Of a stretch of DNA of 64,000 bases, positions 20,976 through 32,648 are shown one piece after another. The stretch is from Caecitellus pseudoparvulus (taxonomy: Eukaryota > Protista > Bigyra: Bicosoecida), in NCBI GenBank assembly GCA_965644315.1, contig CBFFRQ010000093.1, positions 1-64,000 of the forward strand. Direction: 5' to 3'. The notes beneath the pieces are model-generated. The model worked only from the letters and a program-made list of their open reading frames with translations. It was not told the origin of the DNA and made no database searches. Made by a program: the position numbers and the translations under genes. The number at the start of each line of letters is the position of its first letter. Within the stretch, counting starts at the first letter, position 1.

Positions 20976-22888
20976 CTACACTTGGCTCATTTCCAGGCGG
21001 CGCTTGGCGGGATAGTACACGACAAACTTGCCCCCATGGGGGAAGGACCCAGGGTTGAAGCAGGACGTGCCCCCCACTGTGTAGTGGTACTGGCCACAGC
21101 CTTCCCCCACTACCAGCACGTCTGGCGCTGGGTACAGGCGCAGGGATGCATCGTAGTCCCAGTGTACTGGCTGCACCCGCAGGGGCAAGGGCAGCAGGTG
21201 CATCTGGTGCAGCATGGTGTGCAAGGCGGCCTTGGTGACTTCCGACCCCCCTCCCTCCTCCTCCTCCTCCTTGGCCAGCGACACGTCCTCAGCATCTGAG
21301 CCTTCTCCACCCTCGTCCTGCCCCCCCCTCCCACCGGCTCCAGCGTCAGGGTGCTCCACATCGCCCCCTCCCGTCCTGTGTTGCGTGTCATCGAAGTCAA
21401 ATGGCTCTGGCAGGGATGTCTTGACTGCATGCTTGCCCAGGCGGGCCGACACCTCCTCCCGGAACACCACGAGCTCCTGGGTATGGAAGCGCAGGCGGCA
21501 GGGGTTGGAGGCCAGCACCACCTGGGGCGTGCGCGCCTTGAGGCGCTCGCAGAAGGAGGCCGGGAGGCCTGGCCGAGGCAGGACCCGCCCCGCGCCGGGG
21601 TCAGCTGGCCCCGGCACCAGGACACAGGGCGTGCTGGACAGAGCGGGGAAGTCAGCGAGGAGAGCAGCCAGGTCGTCCAGGCCCCTGCACAGGTCGTCTT
21701 TGTCCGACGCCCCCGCTCCGAAGGGGTGTGATAGGAAGTTGCCTTGCAGGATGAGGGCTGTGGGGAGTGCGCCGAACTCCACCCATGTGCGAAGCATGAC
21801 GCGGAGGTTCCTGAGGACGGACGGGTCGTCCAGGTGCACGTCTGAGGCGAAGACGATGAATGCGCGCCTGGCCGCTTGCTCCATGGCCAGGGCCTGGGCG
21901 AATTGGGCCGGCGTGGTGAGGCTGCGGGAGGGGTCCACGACGCCCATCGCGGCGCAGGCATCCGCCCTGTCCTCCAGGAAGGGCTGCCCCACCAGCGTAG
22001 CACGCACCTGCCCAGCCCCCCCATCCCCATCCCGATCAAAGACGCCCTCCACCACTACCACGCACGTTTCAGTAAGCAGGCCCACTGGCACGACACAGTC
22101 GGCGTCGAAGGCCAGAGACACACGGGAATGCAAGTCTTCCAGCTCGTACCGGCCCTCCTCAGGGCAAGACAGCATGGCTAGGATCAGGACTGAATCTCCA
22201 TGGTGCCCTCCCAGCGACTCGATGGCGGTGAGTCGGAGGTGGCCGCGGGCAGCGGCGCTCGGCACGCCCGGGAGCGCTGCCTTGGTGGCGCCACTGGCGA
22301 AGGATGGGTGCCTGCTCATGCGCTGCTGTGCCAAAATCAGGCGTTCTCTGTACATGTTGATCTTGGAGTCGGCCTGGGCGTGCAGGCTGCGCGGCTTGCT
22401 TGACACGTGAAACGCCTTGCGAGCCGAGTCGTATTCGTAGTGGGGCATGCGGAAGGCGGAGAACACCTGGAAGCGCTCTGCTGAGACATCTTGCTTGTTC
22501 TTCGTCTTCTCCGCTACCACTGCTGTGATGCAGTCCTCGTCCACAATGGAAGAAGCGCCTGGGGGTGGGGGAGGGTGGCCGTGTGCGGGTGGTGGAAATC
22601 GCGGCAGCGGCATGGGTGCGGGCCACACACCGCCTCCGCGCTCGATGTGTGCTTGAACGTTGTCAATGAGCCCTCGCAGCAGCTCGTGCTGGTTGGCGCC
22701 GGCGCGAGCCCTGTGCCAGCGTCAGGAGCGGGGAATGCAGCAGAGCGCTGCGCCAGGCGCAGCTCGCCAGCGTACCCTCTCAGCGTGCGCTGAATTGCAA
22801 CAAGGGCATCCTTGCGCAGAACGAGGGAATTCAACTTGAACTCTTTGTAAATCTCCCCTGCTGTCACAGGCTGCTCGAGGGCTGCCAT
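20976..22888 (-). CDS. POLE2: DNA polymerase epsilon subunit B (DPB2), with two probable 5' introns
   Basis: Motifs LEDLHSRV, GLLTETCVVVVEG, SDVHLDDP, VPGPADP, SNPCRL, and QMHLLPLPLRVQPVHWDYDASLRLYPAPD...FNPGSF. Confidence 0.95.
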
Positions 22889-23301
22889 GACTGCAGGGCT
22901 GCGTCTTCGTGAAGGCGCCTGCGGGATTTGAAGGCTGCACAGCGATACGCTTGTCCAGACTGCCGGCGCGAGGGCGTGGCGTCACCCAAGACGCTGGCCG
23001 TGAAGGCTGGAGCAGCTCACTTTGCCTGTCAGGTGCAGTGTGGGGTGTGCCAGCCGCGTGGAGGTGGTGCGGTGTTGAGCCCCCCTGACACAGGCTTGTG
23101 AGGGGGGGGTGGGAAGCACTTGCCAAGCGCCTGCCTCCGCTGCAGAGCATCGTCCTCCGCCACAATCTCTCCACACCTTCGACTCTTCATGCGCACGCAC
23201 ACCCCGTGCGCCTATTCTCCTGCAGTCCCACTGCAGTTTCTGGACCACAGTTTCGCAGACGCTGCTGCTGCAGGTCTTGCGTCAGGTTCTCGCTCAGCAC
23301 C

Positions 23302-26300
23302 ATGGCGACGTCGAAAGAGGCCACATCGCAAGCCAAGGTGGCTGCGGAACCCGCACCATCTGATGGGAAGAAGGAGGAAGAGGAGACACTCCCTATGGAC
23401 GAAGGTCTGCCTGCCACCATCGGGTACTGGGGCATGTACCGGTACGCCAACGGGCGGCAGTGGGCACTCACGATCATCGGCTGCATTATGTCGTGTCTGA
23501 ATGGCGCATCCCTCCCCGGATTTGCTTTGCTATTTGGTGAGTGATTAGATGTACTACATGCTGCACGCTCGCCTCAATGTGGCCTGGCCAATGCTGTTGT
23601 AGGAGCGGCGGAGTGTGCCACGCAGGTTGCGGAACTTGGTCCGCGAACCATGGGGTTCGCTCCGCTGCGCCTGTGCGCGAGAGCAGGCACTCTCACCCCT
23701 TTCTGTTATTCCTACACAGGTGATCTTATCGACAGCTTGAATGGGGGCGCAGGTGGGCAGCTGGATATGGCCCGTGATGTCGCCATGTGGTACGTCGGCT
23801 GTGCTCGGGTGGCGTATTGCCGCGGGTCCCCGCCGCACACCTTCCGCATCGAATGCTGCGCAGGTTCGCCGTCCTCGTGAGTAAAGTGTCACTTTAAATG
23901 ATAGATTCTGAACCTTTCTAGGTGTTTGTTTTACGGTTTTTCGACTAGGCGCCACAGTTCGCGCGTTTGTGCCAGCGGACCTGCCGGTCCTCGTCAGCGC
24001 TTTTTCGCCATTCCGCACGTCTCCGCCACCCTCACGCAGGCCGCCGGCACGTTCATCGCGTCGTTTTGCGAAGTGTCCCTCACCATGCAATCAGCGAACG
24101 AGCAGATCAAAGTGGTGCGATACGAGTATTTGAAAGCCCTGCTGTACCAAGACATTGCCTTCCACGACAAGAACAAGGCAGGCGACATGGCGTCCCGCCT
24201 GGCCGAGCAGTCCACCACCATGGTGGCTGGCATGGGCAACAAGCTGGGCGCCACCTGCCACCACATCGGGACATTCTTCGGCGGCATCGCCGTGGGCTTT
24301 GTTTTCTCGGCTGAGCTGTCAGGCGTCATCCTGGCATTCTTCCCCGGCTTCATGATCGCTGGCGCGCTCATGCAGTATGCAGGGGACACCTTTGAACGCC
24401 GCGTGGCAGATGCTTACGCTGCCGCCAACGCCATTGCCTCTGAAGCCATCACCAGCATCAAGACTGTCATCGCCTTCTCCCGTGAGCGCACGGAGATTCA
24501 GCGGTACGACTCGAACCTGGACGAGGCCCGCAAGGAAGGCTCCATGCGCTCGTTCGTGGGCGGCGGCGCCTTCGGCCTCTTCAACTTCTTCATGTTCTGC
24601 GCGTACGGCATCGGGTGCTGGTATGGCGCAGAGCTCATCGCTCGGGACCGCGAGGACAAGCCCCTCAAGTGTGACTTCCTCGCCATTGCCGCGTCAGGCG
24701 GCGAAATCGACTTCACCACTGACGAGTGCTTCACGGGCGGCACCGTGATGAGCGTCTTCTTCGGAGTCCTCATCGGCGGCTTCTCCGTGGCACAGGCTGC
24801 CCCCAACTTCGCCGACTTTGCCAAGGCCCGCGCCGCAGCGACGAAGCTCTTCCACGTCATCGACACTGTGCCCGCTGTGAACTCCACGGGGGAGTCCAGT
24901 GGCCGCAAGGTGGACCCCAAGACCTTCGTGGGCCGCATCGAGTTCAAGAACGTCACGTTCCGGTACCCCACCCGCCCCGAGGAGGTCGTCCTGCAGGGCC
25001 TCAACCTGGTGATCGAGCCTGGGGAGCAGGTGGCCCTCGTGGGCCCCTCTGGCTCCGGCAAGTCCACCATCATCGGCATCTTGCAGCGCTGGTACGACGT
25101 GGAGTCGGGCGAGGTGCTCATCGACGGTGTGAACATCACTGAGTACGATGCAGTGTCCCTGCGTGCCGCCATGGGCCTGGTGCTGCAGACACCCATTCTG
25201 TTTGACGCCAGCGTGAAGGACAACGTGTCTTTTGGCGTGGGCGGGCTGCAGGAGACGGACAGCGCCTCCATCGTCGCTGCCTGCAAGGCTGCCAATGCTC
25301 ACGACTTCATCATGGAGAAGGACGAACAGTACAACTACCAGGTCGGCGTGCGGGGGCAGAAGCTGAGCGGTGGCCAGCGTCAGCGTGTCTGCATCGCCCG
25401 TGCCATCCTGCGCAAGCCCCGCATCCTGCTGGCTGACGAGGCCACCTCTGCCCTGGACAACAAGTCTGAGAAGGTCGTGCAGGCATCCCTGGACAAGCTG
25501 CTGGCAGATGGCAGCGGGCGCACGACCATCGTCATCGCACACCGCCTGACCACCATCCAGAACTCCAACAAGATCGTCGTGCTCGAGTACGGCAAGAAGG
25601 TGGAGGAGGGTAACCACGACGAGCTCATGGCCATGGAGGGCGGCCTGTACCGCAAGCTGTACTTGCTGTCTCAGCACAGTGGAGAGGCGGAGGGGGCGTC
25701 GCCCACTGACTCTGAGGAGTCGGGGGCTGCCGGTGGCACTGACGTGCACACCATCGTGCAGGTGGCCAGCACATACGAAGGGCCCAAGGCCACCTCTGCC
25801 GTGTCCAGCGTCAGCATGACCCGGGAGCCCTCTGACTCTGGGGCAGCCGATAAGCCGGCCGAGGATGAGGCGAGTGCAGAGCCAGAGGAGACTGGCTGCT
25901 GTGGGCGCAAGAAGGTCAAGAGCAAGGAGGAGTTGGAGCAGGAGGAGAAGCTGAAGAAGTACCCTGCCGTGAGCTTCTGGCGTGTGGTGCGGGAGTGGCA
26001 GTACCCTGACTTCCCCCTGCTGGCGCTGGGCATCCTGTTCGCCTGCGTGAACGGCGCCATCTTCCCCGGCTTCGCGCTGATCTTCACCGAGATTACCACC
26101 ACCATGTTCGAGCTGAACACTGACCGCCTGCGCGAGCGTGCGGTGGACTTGCTGGTGCTCTTCATCATTCTCGCCATCGTCTCCGGCGTGGGGTACGTCG
26201 GGCAGCAGACTGCCTTTGGCATCGCCGGGGAGCGCCTCACCAAGCGCCTGCGTGCTGCCACATTCAAGGCTGTCATGCGCCAGGACGCGACCTTCTTCGA

Positions 26301-27873
26301 CCACCCAGACCACACCCCCGGCCGCCTCACGGCGCGCCTGTCCGCTGACGCCGCCCTCGTGCGAGCCACCACAGGGGAGGCAGTGGGGCTCATGATTCAG
26401 AACATCATCTCCCTCCTCGTCGGCATTGGGCTGGCGTTCGAGGCGTCCTGGCGTATGACGCTGGTCATGCTGGCCACCATCCCCCTCATGATCTTGGCAG
26501 CCATGCTGGAGACGGCCTTCTTCTTCGACAGCGGCGGCGCCAAGGACAGCGGCTTCAACGAGGCGGCATCTGTGGCCCTGGAGGCTGTCAGCGCCGTCCG
26601 CACTGTGAACGCCTTCTCCCTGCAGCCCCGCGTCCTGCACATGTTCAAGAGCGCCATGGATGCGACAGATGCTGTGAACAACAAGCGCGCCCTCGTGTCT
26701 GGCTTCGCCTTTGGCGTGTCGCAGGGCCTCATGTTCCTCATCTACTCCCTCTGCTTCTGGGCTGGAACTGAGTTCATCGCCGAGGGCTACATCAACTTCG
26801 AGCAGCTGTTCAAGGTGTTCTTCGTCGTCACCATGGCTTCGTACGGCGCCGGGCAAGCCAGCTCCATGGCCACCGACTCCAGCAAGGCCGAGCCCGCCAA
26901 GCGCTCCATCTTCGCGCTCATTGACTCCGAGAGCGGCATTGACGCGGTGAACCCAGACGGTGCCCGGTTCTCGTCGCCTGAGGGCCTCATCGAGTTCAAG
27001 GACGTCACATTCGCCTACCCTTCCCGCCCACACATGCCTGTGCTGAAGGACTTCAACCTGCGCGTGGAGCCTGGCCAGACAGTGGCACTCGTGGGCCCCT
27101 CTGGCTCCGGCAAGTCCACGGTCGTCGCCCTGCTGCAGCGCCAGTACGACCCACAGAGCGGGGAGGTGCAGGTGGATGGCAGGGACATCAAGCTGTACAA
27201 CCCCGTTGACTACCGCAACCAGTTCGGCTTCGTGCCACAGGAGCCGACGCTGTACCACGAGTCCATCGCGTACAACGTCGCCTATGGCAGGCGCGTGGAC
27301 GCCTCCCCCGACGCCACCCCCGAGTCCATGGAGGTGAAGGGCATGAAAGGGGACGGCTCCAGCCCCACCGACGACGTCAAGTCCGCAGTGCAATCTGCCA
27401 ACGCCCTGGAGTTCGTCTCTGGCTTCGACGAGGGCTTCAAGACCTCCTGCGGGCAGAATGGCACCGGCTTGAGCGGCGGGCAGAAGCAGCGCGTGGCCAT
27501 CGCGCGTGCCATCATCCGGCAGCCTCAATTCCTGCTGCTGGACGAGGCCACTGCTGCCCTGGACAACGAGACCGAGCGCATTGTGCAGGAGTCCATCGAC
27601 AGCCTGCTGGCAGATGGCGCCTCCCGCACCACTGTCGTCATTGCACACCGCCTGAGCACCATCCAGGCAGCCGACGTCATCTGTGTCGTCGTGGATGGCA
27701 GCATCCAGGAACGTGGCAACCATGCTGAACTCATGGCCAAGGGGGGCTTGTACGCCAAGCTAGTGGAGGCGGGCGGGCATAAAGGCACCAGTGCCATTGG
27801 CACGCCTGGCACCGCAGCGGCTGCCGCGGCCGAGGAGAGCAAGGCTGCGCCTGAGGGTGAGGCAGATGCATAG
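23302..27873 (+). CDS. ABCB1: Full-length ABCB (MDR/P-glycoprotein) transporter; join(23302..23536,23720..23789,23864..23876,24040..27873)
   Basis: TMD-NBD-TMD-NBD layout with two sets of GPSGSGKS, LSGGQ, DEAT and IAHRL motifs. The spliced length of 4152 nt is in frame. Confidence 0.95.
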
Positions 27874-28038
27874 GCTGAGTAGACCCTCTCCTTTTCATGT
27901 GCCACGAGGCAGAGCAATGCATGCGCCTGCACACACCCGGCTGTGCCACTTTGCACATGCTCACCCACATCCATTCTGCATTGCACCTCGCCAGTCGCAT
28001 GCTGTGCTGCTTGTACCCTGAGCCCCCTTCCAGCCGCC

Positions 28039-29719
28039 ATGGCAGACACCAGCGGGCAAAACAGCCCAGCCCTGGACTACCACTCCGTGAAGCCCATGGG
28101 GAAGCTGAAGGTGGTAGCCACCAAGCCATGTGCAACTCAAGCTGACCTCAGCCTGGCATACAGTCCTGGGGTGGCTGAGCCATGCCTGGAGATCGCAAAG
28201 GACGAGGAGGCGTCTTATCGCTTCACTGGGCGCGGGTGCGTGATTGTGCGGTGGTTCGCCAAGCCTCACTTGGGCTGTGACAGACTCGTCTCGCCCCCTG
28301 AGCAGGAACCTTGTGGGAGTGGTGTCCAACGGAACTGCTGTGCTGGGTCTTGGCGACATTGGGGCAGCGGCTGGCAAGCCTGTCATGGTGAGTGGTGCAT
28401 GGGCGCCTCGTTCTGGGCTGCGCGGGGCTCACTTGTCATGCGGAATTTGAAGCCAGCAAAGTACGCCTGCCCACGGCCTTGTCACGCCTTGCCAAGCACA
28501 GGAAGGCAAGGCAATTCTCTTCAAGCGCTTTGCGGGAGTGGACTGCTTTGACATCGAAGTAGATGAGCGGGATCCCGACAAGGTGAGTGGGCGAGTGGCC
28601 AGCACATGCACTGTGACACGCTATGGCGTGAGGCTTCCAGGGAACAACACCCCGCTCGCAACTTGGCATGTACGCTGCACCGCCCCCCTCGCCCAGCTGG
28701 CGGACATTGTCTGCGCACTTGAGCCTACGTTTGGAGGCATCAACCTCGAAGACATCAAGGTGTGTGGCTGCGCGGGCCAGCACCGCAACTCATCCTCACC
28801 CGGCAGTTTCCGTGCGCTCCCGGTGCAGGCTCCTGAGTGCTTCAAGGTGGAGGCGGCATGCAAGGAGCGCATGAACATCCCCGTCTTCCACGACGACCAG
28901 CATGGCACGGCGGTGGTGACAGGCGCTGCCTTGTTGAACGCCCTGCACCTGCAGGGCAAGGAGCTGGGCGACGTGAAGGTGGTGTGCATCGGCGCTGGCG
29001 CCAGTGCCGTGGCCTGCATGAGCCTCTGGGTCTCCCTCGGCGTGCAGCGCAGCAACATCACCATGCTGGACTCTGCAGGCGTCATCAAGCACGGCCGCAG
29101 CAGTGGCAGCTGGAACGAGTACAAGGAGCAGTTCGCACAGCCAGCGGCGGACACGAGGGCGTCCCTGGAGGACGCCCTCGTGGGGGCTGACGTCGTCATC
29201 GGCCTCTCCTCAGGCGGCAAGATCCCTGAGCCGGCCATCAAGACCATGGCGCCCAAGCCAGTCATCTTCGCTCTGGCCAACCCAGACCCCGAGATTGCGT
29301 ATGACCGGGCCAAGGAGCTGACGGGTGGGGAGGCCATCGTCGCGACGGGGCGCAGCGACACGCCCAACCAGTGCAACAACGTGCTGTGTTTCCCCATGCT
29401 GTTCCGAGGTGCCCTGGACTGCCGCGCGGCCGGCATCACGGAGGACATGAAGGTGGCTGCCGCCCACGCCATCGCCGACCTGGCCCGGCAGGACGTCCCC
29501 GACTTCGTCAAGAAGGCGTACGGCGACGAAGGCCTGAGCTTTGGACCCGACTACATCCTTCCAAAGGCGTTTGACTCCCGCCTCTTGCCGTGGGTGGCTT
29601 CTCGCGTGGCTCGCATTGCGGGGGAGACGGGGACCGCCAAGGCGCCCATTGCTGACTTGGGTGCGTATGAAGTGGAGTTGGCTGCGCTGGCGCAGCGCCT
29701 GGCCGAGGACCACGCCTAA
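28039..29719 (+). CDS. Prokaryotic-type NAD(P)-dependent malic enzyme (MaeB-like, no PTA domain), four short introns
   Basis: Motifs [75 protein letters not shown] and NNVLCFP. Confidence 0.92.
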
Positions 29720-29765
29720 GCACGGCATGCACCATTTAAATGCATGCTGCAGAGTGCTGCCACGC

Positions 29766-30452
29766 TCACCCAAGGGGGTGCCCTGGCGACTGGCTTGCAG
29801 TTTGGCCGCGCCGCCGCAACGTGGGCTCAGGCGCACCCTGCCCGCTGGGTGGGAGCGCACTTTCGCCGGAGCTGTCCCGGGATGAATCCGGCTCCGCGGC
29901 AGCAGCAGCCTCTGGGGACAGCTGCACACCTAGTCTGCGCAGCTCAGCCTCAATGCTGCGCAGCTCCGCTGTCACAGACTCCATTTCCCCATCCCACTGC
30001 GCTGCCTGGGCGGGGTCCAGGCCCAGAGAGCCACGTTGTGCCTGACGCTCCCCCTGCTGTCCTGCACTCTCGCCAGGCTTGTCGGTCGCCGCCTGCCTCG
30101 CTGGCTGCCACACCGGGTTGTATTTGCCGCGCCCAGCGGATGGCTTATGGGGAGGGCACAGGCGTTCCGTGCACCACATAGACAGAGCAGACAGCGTAAC
30201 CGCAACTGCAATGACAAGTGCAATGGCTGTGTACCATTCCAGCCCCCCCAGCCACACCAAGGCGCGCAGCCAGGCTGGGTGTGAAGCCAGGGCGCGGACA
30301 GCGCTCGCAAACCGCGCCTCCAGCCCGGCCCTGGCCAAGAAGCCCTTGGCAGCGTTCACACCCCACACGATGCCCGGTCGCACAGCATGACGAATGAAAA
30401 GTGCGACTGGGAGCACGAAAACCGCCGCAATAAGGAACCACCACCACCGCAT
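29766..30452 (-). CDS. Hypothetical membrane protein (start uncertain)
   Basis: ORF with two hydrophobic segments (WWWFLIAAVFVLPVALFI; YTAIALVIAVAVTLSALSM) and a short coiled coil. It fills the gap between two genes. Confidence 0.5.
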   Translation of the reverse strand: MRWWWFLIAAVFVLPVALFIRHAVRPGIVWGVNAAKGFLARAGLEARFASAVRALASHPAWLRALVWLGGLEWYTAIALVIAVAVTLSALSMWCTERLCPPHKPSAGRGKYNPVWQPARQAATDKPGESAGQQGERQAQRGSLGLDPAQAAQWDGEMESVTAELRSIEAELRRLGVQLSPEAAAAAEPDSSRDSSGESALPPSGQGAPEPTLRRRGQTASQSPGHPLG

Positions 30453-30982
30453 GGCATCGACGTTTCGGCTGCGTTTCGCGCCGACAGCACAGGCCGACAC
30501 GCCGCTTCCTTGGCCGTGTGCCTGATCGGGGCGTGGAAGTGACCTGCGGACTGCCCTTGCATGTCCCACCGAAAGAAGTGGTTGACTCCTACAGTGGAGC
30601 CGGGGGGCAGGTTGTGCTCAGTTCTCCGGAATGTGCGCGGCACAGAGCCTCAAACCTTCACACACTGCCCAAACGGCGGGCAGGGTGCGGCCGTAGCGCC
30701 CCCCCCACACACCAGAGTGCTCCCAAGCTGAGAAGCATTCAGGATACGCCCCGGAATTCCGTCGATTTTGTCGCTCTGAGGCTTCGCCGCCGCTTGTTGA
30801 GTCCCCGACACGGTGCACCCTTGTGCCAATTTTCCCGTGTTATCCCCCCCTTTGACAAGCCTTGACCGTGGCACGCCAGAAGCCCACCGGCCTCACATTC
30901 CTCACTCTGCTCGATCGACAAGCACATCATTCTTGGGACTACCCCCAAGTTGTGTTGCCTTCGCAGCTTCTCCTCGTCAAAC

Positions 30983-32570
30983 ATGCGGGTGTTTGCAGCC
31001 ATCCTCGCTGCCTGCGCCGCTGTGGCCAGCGTCAATGCTGAGGTCTACTTCAAGGAGACCTTCGAGAAGGGTAAGGCAGCACCGGAGCTAACAGCGTGCA
31101 AGGCAAGTTTCCACTCCTGTGGCATCCCGGCTGCGCAGAGGCATGGCAGGACACCTGGACTGTCGCCTCCGAGTGGAAGGATGCTGACCAGATGGGCGAG
31201 TGGAAGTGGGTTGTGCCCAAGCACATGGAGGAGGGCCATGGCCTGAAGACGGGCCAGGATGCTCGCTTTTACTCCATCACCGCCCCCCTGGACACTGAGG
31301 TTTCCAACCGTGAGTGCTGACAGCGGCGCTAGACACCTCTCTTCTCTGGCGTGGAATGGCGTCAGTGTTGGTGCACTGCCGCTGCTTGCACTGCGTGCCC
31401 CTGGACGCCTAGTCACTGTCAGCACACCTTTCACCCGCAGAGGGCAAGGAATTGATCATCTCGTACACTGTCAAGCACGAGCAAGACCTGGACTGCGGTG
31501 GCGCCTACATCAAGGTGGGTCTCACACAGCGCAGCCACGTGTCTCCCGCCACCACGCCTGCAGCTTCTGCGGCTGCGTGAGCTGCTGTCATGTGCCGGCA
31601 GCGCTGGCGTTGCGGCAAGACCATAGCCTCTGCATTTCCATGCTGTGTGTGGGATGAAACGGCACGCACACTCGCGCTCCCCCACTCCATGCCATTGCAG
31701 CTGGTCCCTGGTGGCTTCGACGCCAAGAAGTTCGGCGGCGACACCCCCTACGCCATCATGTTCGGCCCTGACATCTGCGGCACGTCCACTCGCAAGACCC
31801 ACGTCATCATGACGTACAAGGGCGAGAACCTGCTGACCAAGAAGAGCATCCGCTGCGAGACGGACAACAAGTCTCACAGGTACACCCTCACCATCAGCCC
31901 GGACAACACGTACGAGGTCAAGGTGGACGGCAAGAAGGTGGAGTCTGGCTCCCTGGCTGACGACTTCGACTTCTTGGAGCCCAAGAAGATCAAGGACCCC
32001 AAGGCCAAGAAGCCCGCCGACTGGGTGGACGAGGCCAAGATCCCCGACCCCGAGGCAGAGAAGCCCGAGGGCTGGGATGACGAGCCCGCTCAGATCCCCG
32101 ACCCCGACGCAGAGATGCCCGAAGACTGGGATGAGGATGAGGATGGCGAGTGGGAGCCCCCCATGATTGACAACCCCGAGTATAAGGGCGAGTGGGTCCA
32201 CCCCAAGATCGACAACCCCGACTACAAGGGTCCTTGGGTGCACCCCATGATCGACAACCCCGACTACGTTGAGGACGACACCATCCACGCTGTGTGCAAC
32301 CCCTGCACCCACGTTGGCTTCGAGCTGTGGCAGGTCAAGGCTGGTACCGTCTTCGACGACATCATTGTCACTGACTCTGCTGATGAGCTGGCTGCATTCG
32401 AGGCTGAGACGTGGGAGGCCAAGAACGCCGCGGAGGAGAAGGCCATCGAGGAGGAGAAGGCCAAGGAGGAGGCTGAGCGCGAGCAGCGCATGAAGGAGGC
32501 TGCTGAGGCCCAGGCTGCTGAGGAAGATGAAGAGGATGACGAGGAGGAGGACGACGAGGAGGAGCTGTGA
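30983..32570 (+). CDS. CALR: Calreticulin (three introns)
   Basis: Signal peptide, EVYFKETF, VKHEQDLDCGGAYIK, IMFGPDICG, P-domain repeats (IPDPEAEKPEGWD, GEWEPPMIDNPEYKG) and an acidic tail ending EEEL. Confidence 0.97.
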
Positions 32571-32648
32571 GCGCCCCCCGCCCATCCTGTTAAATGCAGC
32601 CCGACACCTTCCCAGGCCGTGTGCCTCCATGCATTCGGGGAGCACTCT

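Noticed and set aside
23877-24039. AT-rich intron with a TAAAGTG-T-CACTTTA palindrome as a possible intronic ncRNA
   Set aside because: No convincing box C/D, H/ACA or Sm-site arrangement is visible.
25030-27660. Near-identical nucleotide stretches in the two halves of ABCB
   Set aside because: Expected from conserved NBD motifs combined with strong codon bias.
24694-27723. 1009-aa antisense ORF, plus many similar shadow ORFs across the window
   Set aside because: It mirrors the ABCB CDS. Strong GC3 bias removes antisense stops, and the translation has no recognisable motifs.
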